64,000 bases of DNA, from positions 142,042,001-142,106,000 of the forward strand of contig OZ024740.1 in the NCBI GenBank assembly GCA_964016885.1, written 5' to 3'. The stretch comes from Eledone cirrhosa (taxonomy: Eukaryota). A program made the position numbers and the translations under genes. Below the pieces are notes generated by a model that made no database searches, was not told the origin of the DNA, and saw only the letters and a list, made by a program, of their open reading frames with translations. This document shows, piece by piece, positions 1-12,524 of the stretch. Each line of letters begins with the position of its first letter. The stretch's first letter is position 1.

Positions 1-239
1 TTTTGAGATTGAGTGTCCGTGCTGTTTGCTCTGATCACACACATATATCAGAGCAAGCAGCACGGACACTCAATCTCAAAATTATTTTTGAAAAGCATTT
101 AGAAATGCGCAACCGGTAAAAACTTAAAAACTTAAAACCACAACTGAATACTAACCCATACAATCACTAATACTCATTTATTCCTAATTAAACCATTTTT
201 CAACTGTGAACAATTTGTCAGCATTTTCTATTCCGTTTA

Positions 240-244
<5 letters not shown>
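1..244 (+). mobile_element. Fold-back PLE pseudo-LTR fragment (family also at 11443-12469), ending at (TA)n
   Basis: 1-35 is the near-perfect reverse complement of ~47-81. About 47-244 matches 11481-11670 on the minus strand, and ~122-244 matches 12352-12469. It abuts (TA)n and carries an HHR-like motif. Confidence 0.7.
85..121 (+). ncRNA. Minimal type I hammerhead-like motif, U3-A8 and A13C variant
   Basis: ttt-TTGAAAA-gcatt(taga)aatgc-GCAA-c-cg-GTA-aaa. Stem II is a perfect 5 bp, the stem III/loop ACCGGT is palindromic and stem I is weak. Confidence 0.5.
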
Positions 245-286
<42 letters not shown>

Positions 287-320
287 GGATTTTAATGGAT
301 ACAGTTTAGTTAAAAGGAAT

Positions 321-441
321 TTATTGACACGTGTTTCTATAACAGTTACATAACCTGAAAACAGCTGCTATCTACAAAGTATTAGTTATGCAGACATTCA
401 ATATTTCAATGTTATTATCAACTGTCATTTCATCGGAATAA
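321..441 (-). ncRNA. Type I hammerhead motif (U4C core, 92-nt stem II), left-arm copy
   Basis: Reverse-complement copy of 3242-3362. Confidence 0.6.
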
Positions 442-932
442 TTTTACTGAGGACCTGTTTGGTTTTTATAGAGAATATTAGGAGGGAGGGGTGAAGTTGT
501 TAGAAGAATAATTGAGGGAGTGGTTTTTTGATAGCAGTGAGAATTTTTGGTGGCAGTGAGTAATTAGATTCCCATCTGTTGTTTTGACATTTTTATAGAA
601 TATATTATTGGTTATTTTTCTAAATCTATAGAAGGATTAGAGATAGTATAGATATGCGTGGTTGGTTTTGTGTTTGCACTTAATTAACATTCAGACTTAA
701 ATTTTTCTTTCAAGTGTACGTATCCTTTCGCCCACGCATTCACACATATATGCACACCTCTACAAAATACATATACTCACATACACATACTTACATACAT
801 ATACACATGCATATATATATACACATATATACATGTACATACATACGCGTTCATGTGTATACATTTTCATACTCAACTTATCTTTATATACACACGTCTA
901 GACACACACATATATACACACATACTCCAGTC

Positions 933-1037
<105 letters not shown>

Positions 1038-1313
1038 ACTTTAATACATGAATGCACTTACATCTAACGATACACATTAAACATATATATATATTTACTT
1101 ATTTATATACATTTTTTCCCATATATATACATACTTATGGTCGCTTTTAGACACATTCATTATAGCATATTTGCACCTATTCTCATCAGCATATCTTTCC
1201 ATTATTAGTGTGGTAATTTAAGGTTTTAATATACATATATATGTTGAGAAGAGATTATTTTTATATTTTTCTAACTAGATTGAGGTTTATATAGTTGGGG
1301 GGATGTCCCTCTT

Positions 1314-2440
1314 TTATGTAATATTCAGCTTGTAGTGGGAAAAAATGGTTTTAGTTCGGTGACGGCAGAATAATGTTCGTTCAATTCTGTTATTCAGCAA
1401 TTTCCTCTTGTGTGTGATTATGTAATAGATCTCAAGATTACACAATTTGCAGAAATTTTGGCTCCTGGAAAAGCTTTGGGTTTTAGCTAATTTCTCCCAT
1501 TTTAGGGTAAACTTTTGATCGCTATCCCTGAGCGTCCAAGCTTTTTCTGCTAAAGTTGTTACATTTCTTTGGCTCTGGTGTTTTATTGAGTAAGAATGCC
1601 TATATAATCCAGATTTAAACGATGTTGCCGTTGATCCCACGTAATACCACTCGTTGCCTCCGGATTTAATGGTACACTTATAAATAATATTTTTTTCCAG
1701 GCAGTTATTGCCGAGGGGGCAGTTGTCAGGATAGGTGCAGTTACAGTTGTGTACGTTGGGTTTTCTCTGGAGTAGTATTGCGGACGAACTTAGGTGTGGT
1801 TTATTTATGTTCTGTAGTGTATTGTCTACTGTTTTTTTTGTGTTCTTTGTACTTAAGTTTTTAGTGTTTTCGTTTAACCTTCTAGTATTGATCTTTTTTA
1901 TGTGTTGTTCAAGGTTTAACGCTGTAGAGTATGACAGTCTTATAGTGGTAGGGTTTAGGATTTTGTGGTATTTGTGTGATGTAGGAAAATGTCTCTTAAT
2001 TATTTTAAAGAAGAGTACTGGAAATTTGTACTAATGGAACTATTGTATTCAGGGTTATACCATAAGTACTCTTTGCATTGCTTTCTATTAGTTTTGTTTG
2101 TTGGTTTACTGGTGTGTATACTATGGTAGTAAGTGTGGTTTGGTGTTGTGTTATTATATCTACCTATGTGGGATTTATTTTGGGTGTTTTGATTGTTCTC
2201 ATCTATATACTCTATTTTGTTGAGGTAGCCTGCTTTACTAAGGGCGTTATCGTAGTACTCGGCGTGTTCCTTAAATACTTGTATGTTAGAAGATAGAACC
2301 GAGATTCTAAGGGAAATATTTTTAGGGATAGATTTAATTATAGAGATGGGGTGGTTAGACCCAACATTTACGTACTTGAGATTTTCATTCAATTTATGAA
2401 ACGGTTTAATCAGACCAGAGTTTAAGTTGAGTGTGACATA
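1314..2440 (-). pseudogene. PLE RT thumb + Cys linker + GIY-YIG endonuclease (frameshifted, 5'-truncated)
   Basis: ORF 2000-2452 has KPFHK..YVNVGSNHP..IPKNISLRIS..WYNP. The middle frame reads HFP..YHKI..SYST..CNC..CPLGNNCLEKNIIYKC..YYVGST. ORF 1314-1640 has CKLCNLE..LLNNR..CRH. Confidence 0.88.
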
Positions 2441-3241
2441 AAAGAGGGACATCCCCCCAACTATATAAACCTCAATCTAGTTAGAAAAATATAAAAATAA
2501 ACTCTTCTTAACATATATATGTATATTAATAACCTTAAATTACCACACTAATAATGGAAAGATATGCTGATGAGAATAGGTGCAAATATGCTATAATGAA
2601 TGTGTCTAAAAGCGACCATAAGTATGTATATATATGGGAAAAATGTATATAAATAAGTAAATATATATGTTTGATGTGTATAGTTAGATGTAAGTGCATT
2701 CATGTATTAAAGTGTTTACATATATATATATATACACATAGACTGGAGTATGTGTGTCTAGACGTGTGTATATAAAGATAAGTTGAGTATGAAAATGTAT
2801 ACACATGAACGCGTATGTATGTACATGTATATATGTGTATATATATATGTATGCATGTGTATATGTATGTAAGTATGAGCATGTAAGTATGTGTATGTGA
2901 GTATATGTATTTTGTAGAGGTGTGCATATATGTTTGTGTGTGAATGCGTGGGCGAAAGGATACGTACACTTGAAAGAAAAATTTAAGTCTGAATGTTAAT
3001 TAAGTGCAAACACAAAACCAACCACGCATATCTATACTATCTCTAATCCTTCTATAGATTTAGAAAAATAACCAATAATATATTCTATAAAAATGTCAAA
3101 ACAACAGATGGGAATCTAATTACTCACTGCCACCAAAAATTCTCACTGCTATCAAAAAACCACTCCCTCAACTATTCTTCTAACAACTTCACCCCTCCCT
3201 CCTAATATTCTCTATAAAAACCAAACAGGTCCTCAGTAAAA

Positions 3242-3362
3242 TTATTCCGATGAAATGACAGTTGATAATAACATTGAAATATTGAATGTCTGCATAACTA
3301 ATACTTTGTAGATAGCATCTGTTTTCAGGTTATGTAACTGTTATAGAAACACGTGTCAATAA
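3242..3362 (+). ncRNA. Type I hammerhead motif (U4C core, 92-nt stem II, palindromic stem III)
   Basis: ttatt-CCGATGA-[atgacagtt...aactgttat, with inner pairs ataac/gttat, tgaaa/tttca, tctgca/tgtaga]-GAAAC-acgt-GTC-aataa. Confidence 0.65.
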
Positions 3363-3509
3363 ATTCCTTTTAACTAAACTGTATCCATTAAAATCCTTCT
3401 ATTTTTCTCTGGATTACTTTTGGAACTACAACTGGAACCGTCGAGCAAACTCTACGTGAGCTGTCCATCTACTGTGTGTAATATTTATATTACAACACTA
3501 CGGAAAATA

Positions 3510-3576
<67 letters not shown>

Positions 3577-3757
3577 AGTATTGGAGTTTGCTTGAAGCAT
3601 TGTGGAATAATAAAAAAAATGTTGGTCGTTTTGGAAACCTCAACAATGCAGAAGGGTAAATCTCCGGGTAACAGAATCCGGTGGCGAGGAGAGAAATGTA
3701 AGAGGAAATGTAGAATGAGACGTATAGTGTGTAGAGGAACGTAGGAAAGAGCGTAAA

Positions 3758-3938
3758 AATAATTGTTTCTACTTTAGGCACAAGGCCACCAATTACCCAG
3801 TGCATTACTGGTACTTTATTTTATCGACCCCGTAAGGATGAAAGGCAAAGTCAACCTCGGCGGGATTTGAACTCAGATCGTAAAGGGACGTAACTATGCT
3901 GGAAAGCATGGCATCCGACCCTCCACCGATACTGCCAA
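3758..3938 (-). mobile_element. tRNA-derived SINE (major family)
   Basis: A-box-like TGGCAGTATCGG, B-box GAGTTCAAATCC, core GACTTTGCCTTTCATCCTTACGGGGTCGATAAAATAAAGTACCAGT and (ATT)n tail. More than 12 copies occur in the window. Confidence 0.85.
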
Positions 3939-4251
3939 ACACGAGATAAAGTTACATTGGAAGAGATTTAATTTTTCATATATTTCGGACAAACGGCGGA
4001 CAACAGAGGCCACGTACCGTTGCTCTCCGACTAAAAACTTTCCCCCTCGGAAAAACCCGCAGTTGATGGATGCGAAATCCAAAATATAGGGACAATTAGA
4101 TCTCTTCCAAGGTAACTCTATCTCGTGTTATTATTTTTACACTCTTTCCTACATTCCTCTACACACTATATGTCTCATTCTACATTTCCTCTTACATCTC
4201 TCTCTTCACCACCGGATTCTGCTTTTTTTAAAAATATTTACTTCTGCGTTC

Positions 4252-4327
4252 ACAGATTGACTTTTTTAGTTTCAGAAGATCCCGTTAAGGGTGAAAGCAG
4301 CGATTCTTTGCTTAAACTTTAATCTGT
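4252..4327 (+). ncRNA. Type I hammerhead motif (U4A core) with extended bulged stem I
   Basis: agttt-CAGAAGA-tccc(gttaa)gggt-GAA-agca..tgct-T-aaact. A distal stem I pairs acagattga (4252-4260) with ttaatctgt (4319-4327). Confidence 0.65.
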
Positions 4328-4453
4328 TATTTTAATAAATATATATATATATATATATATAACGAAGGAAATGTGGTAAGTAACCAAATAGACCATAACG
4401 CACCAGAGTACTCAATACTTAGGGTAGTAGAGTGGGTAATAGGAAAAAGTATG

Positions 4454-4549
4454 ACCCCGACGGCAGAGCTCAAGCCGTTTCGACGGCTATTTCTGGACTA
4501 AATTAGAATTTTTAGCCTCGTAAATAAATAGCCGAACTTGTCAAGGGGT
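4454..4549 (-). ncRNA. Type I hammerhead motif (U3-A8 core), apparently intact
   Basis: Minus strand: acccc-TTGACAA-g..cggctattt...aaatagccg..c-GAA-acggc(ttgagctct)gccgt-C-ggggt. Stem III is 5 bp, and the cleavage triplet is GUC. Confidence 0.75.
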
Positions 4550-4711
4550 ACATCCTTTCAACGCTTGACCGGCTCCACTCACTCCCTCATTGTTCTACAG
4601 GCAAGTTCATCCACTCCTACCTCCCACCAAATGCCATGACAGACTTATTTGTGTTAACAACAAATTTTGACCAATCCTCTTGACAACTAAAATCTTCCCA
4701 TATAAGGAAGT

Positions 4712-4807
4712 ACCCCTTGACAAATTTGGCTATTTATTTACCAGGCTAAAAATTATAATTTAGTCCAGAAATAGCCGTCGAAACGGCTTGAGCTCTGCCG
4801 TCGGTGT
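4712..4807 (+). ncRNA. Type I hammerhead motif (U3-A8 core), second copy with stem mismatches
   Basis: acccc-TTGACAA-...-GAAACGGC..GCCGTC-ggtgt. Confidence 0.65.
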
Positions 4808-5357
4808 CATACTTTTTCCTATATATATATATAGATATAGATATATATACCAGGGTGGCGCTTATTTTTCAACTTTCTAAAAGTTTAGCTCCCACCCTCC
4901 TATGTTGTACCAAAAACCAATCTATGCAAAACTTTAGCTCAAGCAGACAACTGCAACGTGACCCTCATCGACCGTGAAATTTTGAAGTTTTCGCCTGGAA
5001 AGTCATTCTTTTTCAGATAAAAATTGTTTATCTCTTATATAATTTTCTCTTAAATTAAAAACTTGTTCACACGCCATTTTTCTGGCATAGACATACAATA
5101 CAACAGGAGGAAACATAATAGTACCACTGATGATGTAGCAGATGTGCAACGAAAGAACTTTGATAGACTATATATATATATTTATACTGTATTTTTAACC
5201 GTTGGTCAATCAATGATAAACGTTGATTGCCAAATAAATTAACTATGGAGATATAAAAGATACAGAAGCGAAAACCAACCAAACAGTGAGTGTGTTCTGT
5301 TATTATTTCTGGCAATACTATTTTATTTATTACAACAATATAACCCTCTTCAAGTAT

Positions 5358-5433
<76 letters not shown>

Positions 5434-5518
5434 CTCCCCCCCCCCCACTCTCAAGCGTGAAACTAAAAACCATATCATTTGTACTGCCTCTCTGTTTTTG
5501 TTCTCTGTTCATTTATTA

Positions 5519-5558
<40 letters not shown>

Positions 5559-5699
5559 GTGAGTTTTTTTTTACAAAATGAAAAATAACCGAGGTGTCCT
5601 ACACGAGTGGAAGTATAAAGAAAAAGAGATGAAATCGAAAATGCAACTGAAGTCTTTATTTATTTATTTTTTTTTAAAAATATATATATTTATTTGGTT

Positions 5700-5737
5700 C
5701 CTTTACCGGTTTTGCAGTTCTTCTGCTTTTCAAAAGG
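5700..5737 (-). ncRNA. Minimal hammerhead copy with G12A substitution (probably inactive)
   Basis: Same as 7616-7653, but with AAAAC in place of GAAAC. Confidence 0.55.
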
Positions 5738-7615
5738 TGAGTTGAGATGGAGGGTCTGTGGTTTTTCTCACATCTGGTTGGTCTCTGAATGTTACTTGTT
5801 TTATATGGAAAAAGTGGCTCGTAAGCCAGGTTTTTCGAGAAGTAATTTGATTGGTTTGTCAATAATTATAATAAATTTCGCGCCAGTTCGCGTTACAATA
5901 GTTCTTCAAATAAGAGAGAGGGGGGGGGGTTGTCACAGGTTGTTTTTTCATATATGAGTGTTTGAATTTCTTTTTACTTGAAAAAAGGAGGCTCACGAAG
6001 GCTTTTTTTGGTTGGTTATAAATGAAATTTGGCTGTCACGTGAACAAGTTTTCATTACATTTTTGCGCCCTTATTTGGAAAACTATTCTGTAGTCTTTAT
6101 AGTGAATGTTATGACAATGGAGAGATAGTGGTCAAGGGAAAAGGGATTGGGAGAAATGTTCTGGTTCAGTGAATATGGCCAGCTGTCAGAGTTCAGGTGT
6201 CAGAGTTCAGATTTTCTATTGAGACTGAAGATATGTGTTTATTTGTGTGCTTGTGTGTGTGTATGAGTGTGTGTGTGTGTATGTGTGTATTGGAAGATGA
6301 TTCTATTAGTAGAGATGGGGGAGGGAGTTGTGTGTGTGTGTATATGGGTGTTATGTGTGTGTGTGCGAGTATGTTAAGATGGAGAGAATATATATTTTGT
6401 GTGTGTGTATATATATATGTGTGTAGGAAAGTGGTTCTATTAGTAGAAATGGGGAGGGAGTTGTAGGTGTGGGGGTTGTTATGTGTGTGTATGGGTGTTA
6501 TGTGTGTGGGAGTATGGTTAGCATGTTAAGATGAAGAGAATATATATATATATATATTGTGTGTGTGTGTATGTGTGTGTGTAGGAAAGTGATTCCTTTA
6601 GTAGGAATATTTTTGAATGAACATATTTTCCTGACTTTTTCGTGTTTGCTGTTGTATTGCCAGTGCAAACGTATGTTAAGGTTTATTTAGTTCGGGTTTT
6701 TATTTTCTAAAGTAGAAGGTGTTATGTGTGTGTGTGTATGTCATATTGTGGTGTTGACATAATGTATATTAAACCTTATTTAATGTTGGTCTATATTTTT
6801 GAATAAACATATTTTCCTTATTTATTCGCATTTGTTCTGTTGTATTGTTAGCGCATACTCCCACACACATAACACCCATACACACACATAACAACCCCCA
6901 CACCTACAACTCCCTCCCCATTTCTACTAATAGAACCACTTTCCTACACACATATATATATACACACACACAAAATATATATTCTCTCTATCTTAACATA
7001 CTCGCACACACACACATAACACCCATATATACACACACACGCAACTCCCTCCCCCATCTCTACTAATAGAATCATCTTCCAATACACACATACACACACA
7101 CACACACAAGCACACAAATAAACACATCTTCAGTCTCAATAGAAAATCTGAACTCTGACACCTGAACTCTGACAGCTGGCCATATTCACTGAACCAGAAC
7201 ATTTCTCCCAATCCCTTTTCCCTTGACCACTATCTCTCCATTGTCATAACATTCACTATAAAGACTACAGAATAGTTTTCCAAATAAGGGCGCAAAAATG
7301 TAATGAAAACTTGTTCACGTGACAGCCAATTTCATTTATAACCAACCAAAAAAAAGCCTTCGTGAGCCTCCTTTTTTCAAGTAAAAAGAAATTCAAACAC
7401 TCATATATGAAAAAACAACCTGTGACAACCCCCCCTCTCTTATTTGAAGAACTATTGTAACGCGAACTGGCGCGAAATTTATTATAATTATTGACAAACC
7501 AATCAAATTACTTCTCGAAAAACCTGGCTTTCGAGCCACTTTTTCCATATAAAACAAGTAACATTCAGAGACCAACCAGATGTGAGAAAAACCACAGACC
7601 CTCCATCTCAACTCA

Positions 7616-7653
7616 CCTTTTGAAAAGCAGAAGAACTGCGAAACCGGTAAAGG
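7616..7653 (+). ncRNA. Minimal type I hammerhead (U3-A8 core, palindromic stem III)
   Basis: cctt-TTGAAAA-gcag(aagaa)ctgc-GAAAC-cg-GTA-aagg. Confidence 0.75.
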
Positions 7654-7765
7654 AACCAAATAAATATATATATTTAAAAAAAAAAAAAAAAAAAAGACTT
7701 CAGTTGCATTTTCGATTTCATCTCTTTTTCTTTATATATATATATATATCTATCTATATATATAT

Positions 7766-7850
7766 ATATGCTCTACGGTTCTTATATATCTGATATATAT
7801 TTATCCTTATCGAGCCCTCTTTGGATTTTAGTCTTCAAATTTATTATTAT

Positions 7851-7855
<5 letters not shown>
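7766..7855. repeat. ~90-bp TA-embedded short interspersed repeat
   Basis: A near-identical reverse-complement copy lies at ~46200-46288. Both copies abut (TA)n. Confidence 0.7.
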
Positions 7856-7908
<53 letters not shown>

Positions 7909-7915
7909 GAAGTTT

Positions 7916-8034
7916 AATATAGAAATGGCTTCTACAGGATTAGAACTGTTTCATTCGAAATAAATCACAAGGAAAGCCTTGATGATTTCTTTCGAATGAA
8001 ACAGTTCTAGTCCTGTAGAAACCATTTTTATATT
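7916..8034. repeat. ~55-bp-arm hairpin containing the 3' half of an HHR-like motif
   Basis: The arms are nearly perfect. TTGATGA-tttc..gaat-GAAAC-agttcta-GTC lies at 7979-8012. A related single arm lies at ~44706-44761. Confidence 0.6.
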
Positions 8035-8715
8035 AGTAAGATGAGAAGACGGTCAGGTAACTTTTAATGGGTTGTCGAATGAGCACTGTATGTATTGTAT
8101 TTTATGTAGTCTTCAAGGCCAACAGCAAGTAATATTGTTGACAAATTTCTATCTATTAACCATTCTAATTCTAATAGAGGCATTTTAAATATCTTTGCAG
8201 CGAGGGTATAAATGCCTCGGAATTTGTTCCGGCTATCTCAGCTCGAAGTTCAAATACCGCTGAAGTTAACTTCGTTTTCATCCTTGTGTGGATGTAGTAT
8301 CAGATCCGGCTTTTTTCGAGCTGATTTCAAAATCCGCCTCCTTCTGCCAGGGGTCGTGATTGGTAGATAGTATCAGCAATGGATCGACCACTGAAAACAT
8401 AATTTCCTCGGTCCGATCCGACGTTCAGCACCTTTCTGTTTCTTCTCTTTTCTTTCGTTGTAATGATCATATCAGTTTGAGTATTTACAAGACCAGAGGC
8501 AAATATATATTTTTTCTTTTGTTATAGATTTACAGTCATCACTACAATAATTATCATGTTAACCTTAGCGATAATTGAATAGATTGAATATTCAGGAGAC
8601 GATACTGCAAGAAAGCTTCATTTTCATTGGTTGGTTTATTGACTATTTGATCCATTTAAAACTTTCCTTTCCAAGAGAAGAAAAACAACGTTTTTCGTAC
8701 TGCTATATATGTCCT

Positions 8716-8848
8716 CATTTATAGTCAATGTTTTGCGGTATTCGTTCCAAATCTCGGTGCCCTTACTTCAAATCCTGCCAAAGTCAACTTTGACCTTTCT
8801 CCTTTCGAAATAGATAAACAAAAATACCAATCCTGTACTAGGGTGAAT
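8716..8848 (+). mobile_element. Degenerate tRNA-SINE
   Basis: ttcaaatcctgccaaagtcaactttgacctttctcctttcgaaatagataaacaaaaatacca matches the SINE core. Confidence 0.55.
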
Positions 8849-9501
8849 TCACCCCCCCCCCACACACACACACACCCACACACCCACACCCTCTCTCCCT
8901 CCCTCCCTCTGTTCCACGTTCTGCTCAGACTTGGAGATGGATGGGTTCCGTTAAGTTTAAAATGTCGAAGAACAACCACAGCTTGAGACGACGACTCGGT
9001 TACATTTACATTGGGAGTTAGTGGTCCATACATACATAAGTCATTTGGTATATCTTTTATTTTTAACATTAATAATAAGGTTGTAAAGAATAACATAAAT
9101 AATATCTGAAAAATCTGCTGGGAATCGAACCTACATACTCTACCTCGATTTGGTAGCAGATAACCAACTAGAAAACATGATTGCATGTTATGTAGTATAT
9201 AAATTATGTAAAATTGCTTCTACTAAGATTAGAGTTATTGCAATTTAAAAGTTAATTTTGTGTAAACTGGTTTCTGATTATATGTTGGAAAGACAAACAC
9301 ACACGTGAACACTGGCATATGTACAAGTACTGAGATAACCATGGATACATACAGAGTGAAGAGACAGGAGGGTGGAGGAAAGAGAGACGAAGATGGAGGA
9401 GTGGAGAGATATAAGCATATATATACATATATATAAATATATATATATGTATATTTATATACATACATACATACACATATATATATATGTGTGTGTGTGT
9501 A

Positions 9502-9548
<47 letters not shown>

Positions 9549-10429
9549 TATATAGAGATATAGTTATATATATATACATATACACTCACAAACACACATA
9601 CATATATATATATATATAAATATATAGATATTTATATAATATATATAAAGATATAAATAAATTTATATATATGTATATATCTATACATATATATAAATTT
9701 ATTTATATCTTTATATATATTATATAAATATCTATACATTTATATATATATATATATGTATGTGTGTTTGTGAGTGTATATGTATATATATATATGTGTG
9801 TGTGTGTGTATGTGTGTGAGTACGCACACATATATAACAACATATATAGGGTGAGAAAAGAGAAAATGTATACAACCTTACATACACACATATTCAAACA
9901 ACAAAGACTCGTCAGCATTACAGCGAGAGAAAAACATAAGTGAAAAAATAGAATTATAAAAAAACGAAGTAAAAAAATTAAATATATAATACTCATACAC
10001 ACACACACAAACACACACACACAAACACACACACACGCGCGCGCAAACATTCACATATATTCGTACATGTATGTTTGTGCGGGTTTTTTTATGAATATAT
10101 ATACACACACAGCCACACACACACACATGTACATATATATACGTATGCTTTCTGGTGAATTTATTGGCAAACGTATGGTAAATGATCTGATAGAAATGAT
10201 ATCGAGAAACAGGAGGCTTGCCAAAATACGAATTACAAACAAAACTCAGTACTATTACATAGATACACACCCGCGCATGCACACACATGTGTGTGAGAGA
10301 GAGAGAAATGGTATTCGCAGAAACTTTGAAATAACTGCTTCTGTTTTCTTTAGAAAATATCTTAAATTGTACCGATGTGTATTGAGTGCTTATTCAGTTA
10401 ATGTTAGAGTGTTCTATGTACACTAACAC

Positions 10430-10491
<62 letters not shown>

Positions 10492-11355
10492 TGATTTATT
10501 GATGTCTTCTAAGAAGACAAGTTCACCAGTTCTCACAGGAGCGTGTGTATAGTGTACAAGTTATCAATTAATGAATTGAATCAGCTATAGTATATTATCG
10601 AGACTCATTTCCATTAGCTCCCGGAATAATGAAAGGTCAACTCATCACGGCACCTGTATGATTTGTGCACAGAAAAATGAGAATAAACAATGTAAGCGAA
10701 AGCAGTTTAGCTTTGAGATCCCGTGTTCGACATGGTCAAATGATTTGCACGATGAAGGAAATGAGAAGAGATTCTACACTCGCGAGGCAGATATATAATT
10801 TTGATGATCATTAAGAAAATCTAGAGATATAAGGTAATATTTAACGACTGCTACAGTGAACTTTAACCCAAAACGTTCTGTACTTCATAAAACACATTAG
10901 TAAGACATTCTTGAGAAGTACAAAATTATACTATGACTGCACCGCATTAAAAATGAAATTCTCCTTTTCTTCTTTGTATGCAAATTATCATTATGATATC
11001 TATATTAGTAAAGATATTACAAGCATTTGAATTAACAAAATCATTTAAAGTTTTTTTTTTCTGCTGAATCATTAAGTGTTAGATGCTGCAGGTTAAAACG
11101 GAAGATACTTTGGTAATAGGTTTCGAAATATTAGGATAGATCCCTGTACAGAGAGATAGAGAGATATAGAAACAGGGAGATAGAGAGGTTGATACATACT
11201 TGAATTGGAGTACGTTTCAGAGCTTTAAAAAGGATATTTTGAGGTCCAGTGGGCCTCATACTTTGAAGTGAATACAGGTATTCTTTGCATATCTATGAGT
11301 TTCCCAGTAATCATTTTGAAAGAGTGCATTGTAGAATCGTAATTAATACACACAC

Positions 11356-11442
<87 letters not shown>

Positions 11443-11860
11443 GTTAAAAGAATAGAGGTGTAACACACAAGTTATTATATATTGGTAAACGGAATAGAAA
11501 ATGCTGACAAATTGTTCACAGTGAAAAATAGTTTAATTAGGAATAAATGAGAATTAGTAATTGTATTGGTTAGTATTCAGTTGTGGTTTTAAGTTTTACC
11601 GGTTGCGCATTTCTAAATGCTTTTCAAAAATAACTTTGAGATAGAGCGTCCGTGATGTTTGCTCTGATCTGATTAGTTTTGGGAATTCTACCTGTTTTTA
11701 TGTTAAAAAAATGGCTCCAGCGCTATTAAAATTATTTTTTGCGCCAATTCGTGTTGCAAAAATTCTTGTGGTCAAAACAATTTTGATTGGTCGGTAGAGG
11801 TCATGTGAATGTAAAAAATTGATTTTGCGCCAAGACTGAAAAATGACTCTTTCAGAACAA

Positions 11861-11912
<52 letters not shown>

Positions 11913-12004
11913 TAGTAGTAGTAAAGTGTTCGTTGTTGTGATAATGGTTAGCAGGGATGTGTGTGCGAACCGCAGCCTGTTGACAGTTCAAATGCCTATT
12001 AAGA

Positions 12005-12056
<52 letters not shown>

Positions 12057-12464
12057 GCAGAGTAATTCGTGGTAGAGGGATGGTCAGTAGGAATGTGTCT
12101 GTAAGGGAGTGGGGTATATTTTAACATGTCAAAAGATATTTTTCAGCTCTTGTCTTATACGGAGAAGTGTGTGTGTGTGTGTGTGTGTGTATAAGTCTCT
12201 TTGTATGTTAATGTACGCGTGTGTATGTGTGTGTGTATGTATGTGTGTGTGTGTGTGTGAGAATGTGTGTGTGTGTATGTATGGGTGGACCAGTATTTTT
12301 TTCCTGGTAAAATGGTGTACATTATTCGATATTTTCAGTAAAATCGATTCTTAAAACTTAAAACCAAAACTGAATACTAACCAATACAATTACTAATTCT
12401 CATTTATTCCTAATTAAACTATTTTTCACTGTGAACAATTTGTCAGCATTTTCTATTCCGTTTA

Positions 12465-12469
<5 letters not shown>
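11443..12469 (-). mobile_element. PLE pseudo-LTR-derived element with inverted ends
   Basis: 11481-11597 is inverted relative to 12352-12469. Internal 11700-11830 resembles 5805-6070. It has an HHR-like motif at 11591-11636 (-) and TA flanks. Confidence 0.7.
11591..11636 (-). ncRNA. Minimal hammerhead-like motif (U3-A8, A13C)
   Basis: The core is identical to 85-121: TTGAAAA-gcatt..aatgc-GCAACCGGTA. Confidence 0.5.

Positions 12470-12520
<51 letters not shown>

Positions 12521-12524
<4 letters not shown>

Larger units (their letters stand above)
3575..4337 (+). mobile_element. Small inverted-repeat PLE-derived element interrupted by a SINE
   Basis: 3672-3762 is the reverse complement of 4130-4221. 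It has an HHR at 4268-4318 and (TA)n on both flanks. The tail aactttaatctgttattttaat recurs at ~46301-46322. Confidence 0.65.
4341..4821. mobile_element. ORF-less fold-back element with two opposed hammerheads, in (TA)n
   Basis: Inverted arms ~4439-4557 and ~4704-4821, a tail at 4341-4438, and TA repeats on both sides. Confidence 0.75.
5551..7732 (-). mobile_element. PLE 3' remnant with ~0.9-kb inverted pseudo-LTRs
   Basis: Arms ~5616-6520 and ~6850-7732 are reverse complements. The spacer encodes a GIY-YIG C-terminus on the minus strand (CANNTTEQMRINKENMFIQKYRPTLNKV*, ~6769-6855). Flanks are TA repeats. Confidence 0.8.

Noticed and set aside
2566-2610. CTGATGA in the first PLE's pLTR as an HHR core
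   Set aside because: No matching GAAA, stem III or stem I could be folded. The better motif is at 3242-3362.
3758-3938. tRNA gene calls from A/B boxes
   Set aside because: The boxes belong to multi-copy SINE heads with no complete cloverleaf.
4849-5345. Possible DNA-transposon end
   Set aside because: No partner TIR or TSD was found in the window.
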